A stretch of 64,000 nt of DNA from an uncultured Chromatiales bacterium. GTDB lineage: Bacteria > Bacteroidota > Ignavibacteria > SZUA-365. This document shows, piece after piece, positions 1 to 9,913 of the stretch. The translations under genes were made by a program, and so were the position numbers. Numbering within the stretch: the first letter of the stretch is position 1; the number at the start of each line of letters is the position of its first letter. Where the stretch lies: NCBI GenBank assembly GCA_964448285.1, contig CAYUWG010000016.1, positions 188-64,187 on the forward strand, given 5' to 3'. The notes beneath the pieces were generated by a model, which saw only the letters and a program-made list of their open reading frames with translations, searched no databases and had not been told where the DNA came from.

Positions 1-1176
1 ATGCACTTCAAGCCCTCCGAGAAAGATCATATTCGGATCGGTTGGCGATATGGCCATGGCAAAGTCATAGTACGCCTGACCGGTCGTGAAATTCGAAGCG
101 ATAGCGTTGACTTTTCGCTCCCACGTATCGCCACTATTCGTCGATACCATGAACGCAAGGAAATCATTGTCCGAACTGGATACTCTGTTCTTGTTCATTG
201 CAACGGCAGCGTAAATCCTGTCCGGATTTGCTTTCGATATCCCCAAGAGAATTCGACCGCACGAGTCGGGCGCCGGGAAATTGTTTGTCAACCGTCGCCA
301 TTGGAATCGGCCACCCCCTGCATCGCTGGTATAAACACCATTTCCGGATGCACCTCGATCATCACCGATTGCTGCAAAGACCTTTACCGACGAACCAGGT
401 TTGAAAACGACATCCGTGGCTGTACCGGTTAACGTTACTTGCCAAGTTTGTCCGCCATTAGTCGTTTTCTGTAAACCGGTCGTTGTCGCGACGAGAAGTG
501 TGTCCGAGTGTGTTGGGTTCACGGCAATGCGATGTACGCCGCCACCATTGAACGGAAGTAGTCGCCAGGAGTCTCCGCCATCCTCCGATTTCATAACCCC
601 GACGCTCGAACTGAAGATCGGCGTGCCATTTCCTCTTCCCGACTGGGAGAAATTCGTGAAGACATCCGGCTCACCTGTTCCGGCAAAAATGATGTTGGGA
701 TTATTCGGATCGACAGCAACCGCTGCACAGGCAGCGATGGGCATATTGTCGGTAACCGCTTTCCACTCCAAACCGAGATTCGTGGATTTCCATACTCCGC
801 CATTCGCCGCAGCAGCATAGACGATATTCGTATTTACCGGATTGAACGCGATCCCGCGCATTCGGCCGCCATAATTCAGCGGACCTTGCTCGGTCCAGCT
901 ATTCAGCGCCGTCATTGCGCTTTTGGAAAGTCCGGCATTTGCCGCGACCTTCTCAAACTCAGACCAGAGTTTCGCATGGATATCGATGTCAGGATTGCCA
1001 TGAAGACGTTGCAGGTAGTATAGCTCGCGAATTCCCGGATGCTCGACTGCGTGCTTCTTCGATTTCGTGATGTTCAAGTGTTGCATCGGTTCCTGATCTA
1101 TCCTGTTGAAGAGGAAAACGACCGGAATGGTAAACAGACCGATGAACAGCGGCAATATGGTTCGTATGGTTTTCAT
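1..1176 (-). CDS. BNR/Asp-box repeat beta-propeller protein (sialidase/Ycf48-like), secreted; 3' end lies outside the window (partial)
   Basis: Reverse-strand translation from the ATG at ~1176 gives MKTIRTILPLFIGLFTIPVVFLF (signal peptide). Repeated Asp-box motifs follow: VWKSTNLGLEWK, MKSEDGGDSWR, QKTTNGGQTWQ, VSTNSGDTWER. The frame stays open to position 1, which is why the ORF track (complete ORFs only) misses it. The + strand ORFs 1..432 and 401..820 are antisense shadows. Confidence 0.6.
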   Translation of the reverse strand, partial: MKTIRTILPLFIGLFTIPVVFLFNRIDQEPMQHLNITKSKKHAVEHPGIRELYYLQRLHGNPDIDIHAKLWSEFEKVAANAGLSKSAMTALNSWTEQGPLNYGGRMRGIAFNPVNTNIVYAAAANGGVWKSTNLGLEWKAVTDNMPIAACAAVAVDPNNPNIIFAGTGEPDVFTNFSQSGRGNGTPIFSSSVGVMKSEDGGDSWRLLPFNGGGVHRIAVNPTHSDTLLVATTTGLQKTTNGGQTWQVTLTGTATDVVFKPGSSVKVFAAIGDDRGASGNGVYTSDAGGGRFQWRRLTNNFPAPDSCGRILLGISKANPDRIYAAVAMNKNRVSSSDNDFLAFMVSTNSGDTWERKVNAIASNFTTGQAYYDFAMAISPTDPNMIFLGGLEVH

Positions 1177-1412
1177 GTGTACTCGATAGTGATAATTGAA
1201 TTCGTCTTCGTCTGTGGGCGTTCACCCAAAGGTAGGGTATTTGATCGGCGTTCTCGCTGCGTATTCGAACACCAAGTTTCGAAATAAAGATAGACTCAGT
1301 ATGGCTAAAAGGCAATCCAAAACATCCTCACTCGAACTTTCCTCATGTGGATTGTTCACGCATGTTTGATTATCTATACTCTCAGAGATTTCTCACAGAC
1401 AGAGACTGAAAC

Positions 1413-2234
1413 ATGACATCACCAGCACCCTTTCACCCCCAGATATCCATAGTCGGTTTAGGAAAAGTCGGGAGAAACCTCGCGCGATATTTCCACCATC
1501 GCGGCTTGTCCCTCGCAGCCTTGGTAACGCGTTCTGCGCCGGTGCAGGATATTCCGGCAGTCGTTCAATCGATGCGCCTTCAGGAAATCCCGCAAGCGAC
1601 GGACTTGATCATTCTCTGTTTACCGGAAGCTCAAATCGAACAGACTGCGATAGCGCTTTCGAAAATTGATTTGAAGAAGGATACCGTCATCGCGCATACG
1701 TCCGGAATTTCAAGCTCGGAATCACTCACTGCCCTCTCCAACATTTCCTCGATCGTCGGTTCATTTCATCCGATACAGTCGTTCGATCAGCCCGATATGG
1801 ATCTTCACTATCTCGATGGGATTGCCTGCGGGATTGAAGGTTCAAGTGAGTTTCTCAGTAGAGCAACTTCGCTCTGTGAAACGTTGGGTTGGAAACCACT
1901 TGTCGTTCAGAAAGAGCAAAAGACACTTTACCATGCAGCATGTGTGTTTGCTGGGAACTTCGTTTCGGAAATTCTATCAACGGCCACTGCTCTTTTCCAA
2001 CGTGTAACACAAGATCCTCATCCCGAATCAGCGTTGCTCCCAATGGTAAGGAAAATCGTGGAGCAGCTCGAGCGGGAAGGCTCTATCACCCTCACAGGTC
2101 CTGCATCCAGAAAAGATCGTGATGCCATTCGCCGTCATGTCGAATCACTCGAAGGTGTTGACGAGAATCTTTCCAAGCTCTACCGCGCCATTTCAGAATC
2201 GATAATCGCCAGCTCTGAGCGCCACACCCGATGA
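1413..2234 (+). CDS. Rossmann-fold protein, DUF2520/ketopantoate-reductase-like
   Basis: N-terminal dinucleotide-binding motif IVGLGKVGRNLARYF. Length 273 aa and overall architecture resemble DUF2520 family proteins. Confidence 0.4.
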   Translation: MTSPAPFHPQISIVGLGKVGRNLARYFHHRGLSLAALVTRSAPVQDIPAVVQSMRLQEIPQATDLIILCLPEAQIEQTAIALSKIDLKKDTVIAHTSGISSSESLTALSNISSIVGSFHPIQSFDQPDMDLHYLDGIACGIEGSSEFLSRATSLCETLGWKPLVVQKEQKTLYHAACVFAGNFVSEILSTATALFQRVTQDPHPESALLPMVRKIVEQLEREGSITLTGPASRKDRDAIRRHVESLEGVDENLSKLYRAISESIIASSERHTR

Positions 2235-2292
2235 AGTATTTCGGTTAAACCTGCGAACGATAACGCGTTACCATGACCACTTCGTCCAATCA

Positions 2293-3423
2293 TCAGCGTG
2301 ATGTGGGTATTGAATGGATCAGGTGCAAAAACTTTTCGCGCTCCCTTTCCCAGAGGAAGTTCGTTCGAACTTCAATACATCGATGCCGATGCTTTGCACG
2401 ACTTTCCTCATTGAGCATCGATCGAATGGCCGCCACAAGTTCATGCTCACTTTCAGGATTTACCGTGAGACCGACACCATATCCAGTGATAACGCTTGCT
2501 ATCTCCGGAAAGGCGCTTCCGATCACAGGCACGCCGGCGACGATGTACTCGAACAGCTTATTAGGAAGTGAGTTGTAATAGCTTTCACCGAAATTCTCAA
2601 TGATGCAAAGACCGATGTCCGCGGAGGCAGTCCATGGGAGCACATCAATCGAAGGTACTGCCGGAATGTGATGGACACGCTGCTCGATACCAAAGCGCTG
2701 CGCTTCAAGAAAGACCTCGCTCGTAAGAATACCATCTCCAAGAAATACGAGGTGAGAGTTATCGAAATACCGGATCGCGTTGACAGCGAGAATCGCTCCT
2801 CGACCAACTTGAAGACCACCCTGAGAAAGCAGAATGATCTCGTCAGCGGGGATAGCGAGCGTCTCTCGTATTCGGTTTGAGGATTCACTGACGATCTCAT
2901 TCGGATAATTCTTGAGCACGTGCACAGGGATATCGCGAAAGCGTTCCGCGACGAGTTTTCCTATCGCAGCATTGACAGTCGTTATCGCCCACGCATTGCG
3001 TGCATAGTGGCGTTCGACAAGATTCCAGAAGCGCTGAACGATCGTTCGATGTTTCAATGCAGCAATCGAAGTATAAAGCTCACGCGAATCGTAAATCAGC
3101 TTGGTGCCAATCGCCTTCGACGCGCGACCAGCGACCGGAAGCGAATACAAATCTGAAGCGATGTACGCATCAGCAGCCAACGAAGTCGCGAGTGATGTGC
3201 CTTCCATCCAGAAAGCATGGAGTGAAAATCGCAGCGATTCCTCATCGGCCATCGCAAGCTGCTGAACGTGAGCACCACAATACTCGAATTGCAGCGCGCG
3301 ATGATGCAATGTCACGGCATGTATCTCAAATTCCTCTGAAAGAGTTCGAATGAAACGCGTCGCACGGGAATCTTTCGTGATGTCCCCGACAAAGGTCAGG
3401 CAGATTTTTCTCCGCCCCGTCAT
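2293..3423 (-). CDS. Glycosyltransferase family 4 (GT-B, group 1)
   Basis: C-terminal EX7E-type motif region LPNKLFEYIVAGVPVIGSAFPEIASV. 376 aa. Last gene of a tightly packed minus-strand operon (4-bp gap to the upstream gene). Confidence 0.75.
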   Translation of the reverse strand: MTGRRKICLTFVGDITKDSRATRFIRTLSEEFEIHAVTLHHRALQFEYCGAHVQQLAMADEESLRFSLHAFWMEGTSLATSLAADAYIASDLYSLPVAGRASKAIGTKLIYDSRELYTSIAALKHRTIVQRFWNLVERHYARNAWAITTVNAAIGKLVAERFRDIPVHVLKNYPNEIVSESSNRIRETLAIPADEIILLSQGGLQVGRGAILAVNAIRYFDNSHLVFLGDGILTSEVFLEAQRFGIEQRVHHIPAVPSIDVLPWTASADIGLCIIENFGESYYNSLPNKLFEYIVAGVPVIGSAFPEIASVITGYGVGLTVNPESEHELVAAIRSMLNEESRAKHRHRCIEVRTNFLWEREREKFLHLIHSIPTSR

Positions 3424-3427
3424 CGCT

Positions 3428-4330
3428 TCAAAGAACGATGTTCAGTGCAATCGTGTGAGACGTGCCGAAGCTCTCTAAAAACGGAACGAAAGAATAATCG
3501 AATCGCAGTAGTGAGTAGGAAGCGCCGATGCCAAGGGACACGTTCTTCAAATCATAATTATGCTGATATCCCAACCTGAGAAAGAACATCTCCGAATAAT
3601 CGACTTCGGCGCCAATATGGAGATGCGTGCTTCCTTTGAAAAAGGAAACTCCGTCGGTAGCGAGACGCAACGTTCCGTTGGTCCATGGAAAAGCGGTCGA
3701 GTATGATACTCCGTATCGCGCATGTGCCGGAAGCTCTGATGCCACGGATCTTAACTCGGACATTGAACCGAGATTCTGCAACGAGATGCCAATGACGATT
3801 CCCGTCAAATCACCTTCAGTGAAAGGCGTCAGCGTCACTCCGAAATCGAAGGCATAGCCATCAGCGACGTCAACAAAAATTTTCTCGAAGAGATACTTCG
3901 CCGTCAATCCGAATGCGAGGTCATCCGAGATATGGAACGATGCGGTCAAACCGGTGGAGAAATTGCTTGCGGTGAATGTTCCATCTGCCGGGCCGGGTTT
4001 TTCTCGCGCTTCGATATCATCGACGCTTGCGTACGACGCATGAAAACCGAGCGACCACGATTCAAGCGGAACGACTGCACCGATGTATTGCCCTGAAACG
4101 TCCTGCACCCACTGGTTGTGCATCAACGCGATCGATGCCTTACGAGCCGATGCTGGAAGCGCAGGGTTGTAATACATCGAAAATCCATCACTGAAACCAG
4201 CAACTCCGGACTCACCCATCGCGATGTTGCGCGCCCCGACGCCGCGCTTTAAAAACGTCAACCCGGTTTCCGCTGTTTGCGCTGATGCGCACATCGACGC
4301 AATGATGAAAAGAAGCAACGTGGGTTTCAT
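3428..4330 (-). CDS. Outer-membrane beta-barrel protein, T9SS-associated PorP/SprF- or PorV/PorQ-like (paralog 1)
   Basis: Signal peptide MKPTLLLFIIASMCASAQ. Motif GARNIAMGESGVAGFSDGFSMYYNPALPAS resembles the N-terminal conserved motif of T9SS PorP/SprF and PorV-family barrels. Abundant alternating aromatic/aliphatic beta-strands. Ends in aromatic residues. Confidence 0.45.
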   Translation of the reverse strand: MKPTLLLFIIASMCASAQTAETGLTFLKRGVGARNIAMGESGVAGFSDGFSMYYNPALPASARKASIALMHNQWVQDVSGQYIGAVVPLESWSLGFHASYASVDDIEAREKPGPADGTFTASNFSTGLTASFHISDDLAFGLTAKYLFEKIFVDVADGYAFDFGVTLTPFTEGDLTGIVIGISLQNLGSMSELRSVASELPAHARYGVSYSTAFPWTNGTLRLATDGVSFFKGSTHLHIGAEVDYSEMFFLRLGYQHNYDLKNVSLGIGASYSLLRFDYSFVPFLESFGTSHTIALNIVL

Positions 4331-5323
4331 TTAAAAACTCAGTGCGAATGAAAGAACGTGCGTTGCTGTTGGCGCCACCGGTTCGAAGATGAGCGCATAA
4401 CTGATCATCGGGAGGAACACGCCGGCAGGTTGCGCAACGGTCATCCCGAGCGAAGGTCGTGCATCGATTCCATTGGAGCTAAGGTCCACTCGCTCGATTC
4501 CCGCCCTGAGGGTCAGTTGCTCGACGATACGATACTCTCCTCCTACACGAAGAAGGATCGTCTCACCATCCCAGAGTTCGACGTCTGCTGCAGCCGTTGC
4601 ATCCTGATCCTGCGAAACGTAAGAACCACCGACGCGAAGAATGCGCGCGAATGAGTTTTCCGTTGTGTTGCCATTCTGAGGTCCGTAGAGTTGACCTGTG
4701 TCCCACTTGTATTTTGTCAGAAGTTCCTGAGCTACAACCGCGACGTGGATGTTTGGCGTGATGCTGTAGAGAATCCCGATATCGACGCCGAACCCCGATG
4801 AGGTCACGTCTTTGTAAAGTCCGGAATGATAGAACTTGATATTGAATCCGGCAGCGAATTTCTCGCTGAATTTATTTCCGAAGTTGAGGTAGAACTGATT
4901 CTCGAAGACGCTTAGGATTTCCGTCTTGAATCCATCGCTGTCATAGCCTTGAATGTTTGCATCACCTGCATTTATCCAACCAACCGAAATACCTGCGACG
5001 GAAACCAATTCCCGCTCCATCGTGCCGGGGATTCTTTTTCCATACAGAGGAAGACTTTGTGTATAGCTGACTTGATTGAGCTGTCTGTCGAGGGCGAGAA
5101 AGGAGTACGATCCATAGAGAACATTCCCTTCTTGAAAGGGAGTTAAGGCAGGATTGTAATGAGAGGATATGAGACCATGCGGCACAGCTGTCAACGCATT
5201 ACCCATGCCCATACCTCTCGCTCCAAAGCCCATTCTCGAAAACGCGCCCGCGGTGCCGCCGGGCTGTGCGAGAGCGCTGAATGACAAAACAACGCTGAGA
5301 ATGAGAGTTGAAAATTTCCTCAT
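4331..5323 (-). CDS. Outer-membrane beta-barrel protein, T9SS-associated PorP/SprF- or PorV/PorQ-like (paralog 2)
   Basis: Signal peptide MRKFSTLILSVVLSFSALAQ. Motif GFGARGMGMGNALTAVPHGLISSHYNPALTPF is paralogous to the downstream gene (shared YNPAL). Stop and start abut the flanking genes. Confidence 0.45.
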   Translation of the reverse strand: MRKFSTLILSVVLSFSALAQPGGTAGAFSRMGFGARGMGMGNALTAVPHGLISSHYNPALTPFQEGNVLYGSYSFLALDRQLNQVSYTQSLPLYGKRIPGTMERELVSVAGISVGWINAGDANIQGYDSDGFKTEILSVFENQFYLNFGNKFSEKFAAGFNIKFYHSGLYKDVTSSGFGVDIGILYSITPNIHVAVVAQELLTKYKWDTGQLYGPQNGNTTENSFARILRVGGSYVSQDQDATAAADVELWDGETILLRVGGEYRIVEQLTLRAGIERVDLSSNGIDARPSLGMTVAQPAGVFLPMISYALIFEPVAPTATHVLSFALSF

Positions 5324-6912
5324 TGCAACACGATCACCTTCGCCCAGGAGTCAGCATCGCCTGTCTTCACCTGGATGTAGTACAATCCGTTCGCTGCTTG
5401 CTTTCCATTGTCGTCTTTGCCGTCCCAAATCTCATCCTGGTCTGCTTGTCCCGCTCGCGGCGCGTTTTGCAGAATCGTTCGAACCGGCATCATCGAATAA
5501 TCATAAACCTTGATCGTGACTGAACCGGAGCCATTCGGTCTGTAACGGATTCTGCAGACCTCATCATCTGGTGAGAATGGATTCGGATACGCATAGACTT
5601 CACTCCCGGATTGCAGCGGTTGAGCCGCACGGAAGATCGTCCACGAACTGCCGAAAGAATTTCCCGGCGAGTCCGTCGTTTTCATCATGCCGTCGGCGTT
5701 CGCTACCCAGAGAGTGTTTTCTTGCGAAGCAATCGCGTAACACGCCGGATCGGTTGACTGAGTGCGTGAGGCTCGATCGACGAACACTGAATGCTGCGAC
5801 CACGTTATGCCGCCATCGTCGGAACGAAAGATGCCAGAGTTCGTCGCGGCATAGACAATCGAGTCTTTGAAACCGAAGTTGTGTGTGAACTCCCCTCGCA
5901 AAGCCGTTTTCCAGGTTTGTCCTCGATTCGTCGTGAAGCTCACTCCGCGATATTCTTTCGGATCCAATGCGTTAATCGTCGAAGCCCACACGTATTCTCT
6001 TCCGCCGATGAAATTCCTTCCCAACGCGACGACGAAATTTCCTGTGATCGGTTGAGTTTGATTCGAATAGGAAAATCGTCTCCATGAACGACCGCCGTTT
6101 GAAGTGAAGTTCACTCCTCCTGCCGTTCCAACCCAGATCGTTGAATCGTCCAACGCCAGCACGGAAAAAACGCGATGATTCAAATGTCCCCGCATTCCTT
6201 TCGTCGTACCGGCAGCATTCCAAAAATCGCTTCGATCCACCGGCGAGAGATCGAACTGCAGCGTGTCCGTGATGGCAATGGAATCGAGAAAATCCGGTGG
6301 GAGAACGACAAGCGAAAAGGTCTTCCCCCCGTCGGTGCTTTTCCTCAATCCACCGGCGAAGCTGGCAGTCCATACAGCGGAGGATGTCACAGCGATGTCA
6401 TAGCTGATGTTGTTGATATCCGTTGTCACTGCAAGAGCCTTCAAGATATTCTGGCCATACTGAACGAAGTAAGTCGTATCACCGCTTTTCTCCATCGGCT
6501 GATCGATGCGCTGCCAGGTTCTCCCGCCATCGTTTGAATACGCAAGGCCCAATCCTCTTGGCAAGCGCGTTCCCGGTTCAACCTCGAAAGAACCTGCAAG
6601 TGAAGCCCAGAGTGTCGAGCCATGCCTGTCGAGAGCTGCGATGTCTTCGAGATCGAACGGCGCGGACGACCCGAAGTGATTCCACGTTGCACCGCCGTCG
6701 AGAGTTTGGTCAAGGCCTTTGCTTCCACCGATCCATACGGTATCACCATTGACGAGAATCTCGACCGCTCCGTTGCTCAATGGTTGTGATGCGGATTCGG
6801 TGACGGACATCTCCGCTTTCTGTAAACGATATCCGTGTTCGGAAATCTGCGCGAGTGCTTCACCATACATTCCTGCACAGAGGAAGAAAACAAAGAATCC
6901 CTTTCTGATCAT
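5320..6912 (-). CDS. BNR/Asp-box repeat protein with T9SS C-terminal sorting domain (secreted cargo)
   Basis: Signal peptide MIRKGFFVFFLCAGMYGEALAQ. Asp-box repeats: TLDGGATWNHF, SNDGGRTWQR, STDGGKTFS, SNGGRSWRR, TNRGQTWK, SDDGGITWSQ. C-terminal ~80 aa (YAYPNPFSPDDEVCRIRY...LYYIQVKTGDADSWAKVIVLQ) matches the T9SS type-A CTD pattern. Confidence 0.7.
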   Translation of the reverse strand: MIRKGFFVFFLCAGMYGEALAQISEHGYRLQKAEMSVTESASQPLSNGAVEILVNGDTVWIGGSKGLDQTLDGGATWNHFGSSAPFDLEDIAALDRHGSTLWASLAGSFEVEPGTRLPRGLGLAYSNDGGRTWQRIDQPMEKSGDTTYFVQYGQNILKALAVTTDINNISYDIAVTSSAVWTASFAGGLRKSTDGGKTFSLVVLPPDFLDSIAITDTLQFDLSPVDRSDFWNAAGTTKGMRGHLNHRVFSVLALDDSTIWVGTAGGVNFTSNGGRSWRRFSYSNQTQPITGNFVVALGRNFIGGREYVWASTINALDPKEYRGVSFTTNRGQTWKTALRGEFTHNFGFKDSIVYAATNSGIFRSDDGGITWSQHSVFVDRASRTQSTDPACYAIASQENTLWVANADGMMKTTDSPGNSFGSSWTIFRAAQPLQSGSEVYAYPNPFSPDDEVCRIRYRPNGSGSVTIKVYDYSMMPVRTILQNAPRAGQADQDEIWDGKDDNGKQAANGLYYIQVKTGDADSWAKVIVLQ

Positions 6913-6913
6913 G

Positions 6914-7726
6914 CTATCGAACTACTATCGTATGAATGACAACGTCGCTTGAAAGATTACTGAGGTCGAAGGCCTGAAACTCAAATCGATAGGTTCCTTT
7001 TTGCGATGTCGAGGGAAGTTGGATGTCGAGGGAATAGGTTCCATCATTCGCTCGAAGATCACCCTTCGTTCCGTCATCGACAAGGATAAAAGGATTCCCT
7101 GAAGAGGGTATGCCGCTTGGGTGAAAGCTGTTGAAGAGCACACGCTTGATATCCGCTTGTCCGCTGTTGTCCCGGACACATGCTGCGATCTTTATTACAA
7201 CTATTCCCGATTGAGGAAGGTCAACGGTATCCGGCGCGGTGATGCCGCAAATGAATGGAGGACTGCTTCCGTAAATCACGGTAATCTTCGTAAAAATTCT
7301 TTCGCTGGCTCCGCCGCTGTTGTCAGTGCCTTGCACTTCAACGCGATAGTCACCAACGTCACCACGCTTGATAGGCACCTTCACAGTCCCACGGAATGTA
7401 GAGCCGCTCGTTCGCGAGAGCGAGCCGCGGACAATCTCGTTGTCCCTTCCATCGACAAGCACACGCATCGAGATGTCTGAGAGCGATGCATTCGACTCTA
7501 TCGCTTCTGCCTGTGCCGACAATGTGAGATGGATGAGATCCTCAGGCCTCTTCTCTGTTCCAGGTAGAACGGAAATCGAATCCGTATCGAAAATGTATCC
7601 GTTCAGCGTAAGTGAACGAAAGGATATTCGATCATTCGGAAGACTGGGATCGATGACCGTGGTGTCATCACTGCACGCAAAGAAAAAGGATGAGAGGAGG
7701 AGAACGGAAACGAATCGGAAAGTCAT
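6914..7726 (-). CDS. Lipoprotein with Ig-like beta-sandwich repeats, hypothetical
   Basis: Lipobox-like N-terminus MTFRFVSVLLLSSFFFACSDD. First gene of the operon; its stop lies 2 bp before the BNR cargo start. Confidence 0.5.
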   Translation of the reverse strand: MTFRFVSVLLLSSFFFACSDDTTVIDPSLPNDRISFRSLTLNGYIFDTDSISVLPGTEKRPEDLIHLTLSAQAEAIESNASLSDISMRVLVDGRDNEIVRGSLSRTSGSTFRGTVKVPIKRGDVGDYRVEVQGTDNSGGASERIFTKITVIYGSSPPFICGITAPDTVDLPQSGIVVIKIAACVRDNSGQADIKRVLFNSFHPSGIPSSGNPFILVDDGTKGDLRANDGTYSLDIQLPSTSQKGTYRFEFQAFDLSNLSSDVVIHTIVVR

Positions 7727-7877
7727 ACGTGCGAAGGTGATAAAGTATGAAGAAGCCGGGGCACTCAGAGGTGACTGCCCCGGCTTACAATCACACTATC
7801 AAGGAGGCAGTACAAACATAGACACTCAGCCATCCAAAGTCAATCAAAGAAGCCGGTTTAGAAATTTTTTTTCTTAA

Positions 7878-8894
7878 TCAGAGGAAAAAGACCGGAGCAG
7901 GTGCAATGCAAACCAGGAACATAAACGGTGCTGATAATCCCAGGAGCATACGATTTGAATCCAGTTTTTCCTCTATCAAAACCGGAGGATGATCGACTTT
8001 CATCAGGAGTATCATGACACCCCAAAATATCCATCCTGGCCAGAATATCTGATGAAACCATGGATATTCATCAAGAAATACACCGAGAAAGAACTCAAAA
8101 CCGACCAACTCAAGGATAATTGGGAGCACGGATATGATCCCAGTAGCTAACAACGTTCCAACTGTAATTCTGGCTACAATTCCATGTTTTTCACCGAAAA
8201 CTGCGTAAAGAACATGGCCGCCATCTAACTGGCCTGCCGGAATCAAGTTCAATGCAGTGACAAGAAGCCCAAACCATCCGGCTATAAGCAGTGGATAGTG
8301 GTACATCTCTGTCATAGGAGGAACGTATGCTCCAAATGGAGAAATCAGCGTTCCCAAGAAGGAATACAGTAGCGGATTTCCAAATGCTAACGCCGGGCCT
8401 TCCAGAGTCGGATCGGCGTGAATCGAGAAATCGTAATGCGGGTGGATCTGCACGATGAAGTTTGCATCCGGTAAATTCATAAAACCGATCACGAGAACGA
8501 TGACGCTTGCAATGAACCCTGCGATTGGACCAGCTATACCGATATCGAAAAGCGCTGCTCGTGAGGTAATCGGTGCGCGTGTTCGAATGACAGCACCGAC
8601 CGTTCCGAAATTTATGAGCCATGGTATCGGTGGAAATGGCGTGTAGTATGGAAGGCTCACATCAACACTGTGGTACCGTGCTGCAAAGTAATGGCCGAAT
8701 TCATGACAACTGAGAATGAACAGCAACGGAATACTGTACTGCATCCCGATACCGATCCGGCTCAAGTCGAATTCGTTTTGCCAAATCATTCCGGCTACTG
8801 TTGTCGTTCCTAAGGTCACAATGAAAAGCAAGACATGCTTCGTGATCTCCCATCCCGTATGATGACCAAACCGAAATATGCGGCTCATCCTCAC
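7878..8894 (-). CDS. Site-2 protease family zinc metallopeptidase (peptidase M50)
   Basis: Polytopic membrane protein with HExxH (CHEFGHYFAARYH) and the downstream LDGG motif (NLIPAGQLDGGHVLYAVFG) typical of M50/S2P. Confidence 0.7.
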   Translation of the reverse strand: MRMSRIFRFGHHTGWEITKHVLLFIVTLGTTTVAGMIWQNEFDLSRIGIGMQYSIPLLFILSCHEFGHYFAARYHSVDVSLPYYTPFPPIPWLINFGTVGAVIRTRAPITSRAALFDIGIAGPIAGFIASVIVLVIGFMNLPDANFIVQIHPHYDFSIHADPTLEGPALAFGNPLLYSFLGTLISPFGAYVPPMTEMYHYPLLIAGWFGLLVTALNLIPAGQLDGGHVLYAVFGEKHGIVARITVGTLLATGIISVLPIILELVGFEFFLGVFLDEYPWFHQIFWPGWIFWGVMILLMKVDHPPVLIEEKLDSNRMLLGLSAPFMFLVCIAPAPVFFL

Positions 8895-9628
8895 TCCCCT
8901 TGCCAGAGATATTGCGTGCGTTGCATGACCGATTTCGAATGTCGAAGCTTTTTCCGACCGGTGAGTTTCTCTATGGCAAAACGCACGTCATCGAACGTTG
9001 TGTAAGTCCTGTATGTGATGTTCTCACGCTGGCAGTACTTTTCCAACTCCCTCTTTGCGAATACGACTTCGGTAAAATGCGCCGCTTCGAAATCCGAGAT
9101 GCCGTCTCCAATAAGAATCTTCACGTCGCGCTCGTCCGATTCCGAAGCGATGATTGCGGGTTTCGACACTCCGCTTTTCATACTCGACTCATGATAGTGC
9201 GGTAACTCGATGCTGCACGTTCCATCAAGCGCGACAACCAAGCGATTGACCCTTACCGGGACTTCGATACCGAGCTTCTTCAGCAGATAGCCAACGTAAA
9301 TGTCCAAACCGTCGCTGACAACCGTGATGGGGTAACCCTTGGAGGATGCCCACTGAACGAATGGCACGAACGAGGTATCGGCTTCGAATCCATCTAAGAA
9401 GCGATACAACGACGGGAGATCGTGGATGCTCATTCGTTCGGCACAAGCATCGAAGAAGTCCAGTGGTGAAAGCTGCTCTTCGAGAAATCGCTTCTGCAAC
9501 ACCCTGTACTCTATGCCGATCACATGCTCGAAAAAAGCATCGCCTACATCTTCATGAAATATCGTTCCATCGAAGTCGCAGAAGATTCTTACCGACGATG
9601 CCGGTGTAGTGTTAAATGGGATTGTCAT
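8891..9628 (-). CDS. HAD-superfamily hydrolase (HAD-IB, phosphoserine-phosphatase/MtnX-like)
   Basis: HAD motif I CDFDGTI near the N-terminus. 245 aa. Overlaps the S2P start by 4 bp. Confidence 0.55.
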   Translation of the reverse strand: MTIPFNTTPASSVRIFCDFDGTIFHEDVGDAFFEHVIGIEYRVLQKRFLEEQLSPLDFFDACAERMSIHDLPSLYRFLDGFEADTSFVPFVQWASSKGYPITVVSDGLDIYVGYLLKKLGIEVPVRVNRLVVALDGTCSIELPHYHESSMKSGVSKPAIIASESDERDVKILIGDGISDFEAAHFTEVVFAKRELEKYCQRENITYRTYTTFDDVRFAIEKLTGRKKLRHSKSVMQRTQYLWQGE

Positions 9629-9712
9629 AAACTGGCGCTTCCATGGAAGATAAACGCTACCTCATGGATGCGTCGGAAAGTCAACGGATATGCATCAGTG
9701 AAGCGTAGTCTC

Positions 9713-9904
9713 CTACGACTTCTTTTCCTGAATCTGTTTGTCGTCGAGGCTTACTTCATCCTGCATTTCTCTTGATGCTTTCCTGAACTCGCGTATGCCC
9801 TTCCCCAGACCCTGTGCGAGATCGGGGATCTTCTTCGCGCCAAAGAAAATGAGAATGATCAATAGGATGATGAGAATTTCGCCTGTACCGATATTGCCGA
9901 ACAT
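9713..9904 (-). CDS. tatA: Twin-arginine translocase subunit TatA/TatE
   Basis: 63 aa. [43 protein letters not shown] is the canonical TatA TM helix plus amphipathic helix. Confidence 0.85.
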   Translation of the reverse strand: MFGNIGTGEILIILLIILIFFGAKKIPDLAQGLGKGIREFRKASREMQDEVSLDDKQIQEKKS

Positions 9905-9913
9905 ATAAACCTC

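Noticed and set aside
1-1315. Plus-strand ORFs 1..432, 198..404, 401..820, 1039..1287 and minus ORF 989..1315
   Set aside because: They are antisense or out-of-frame shadows of the minus-strand BNR-repeat gene (1..1176), which has clear Asp-box motifs and a signal peptide.
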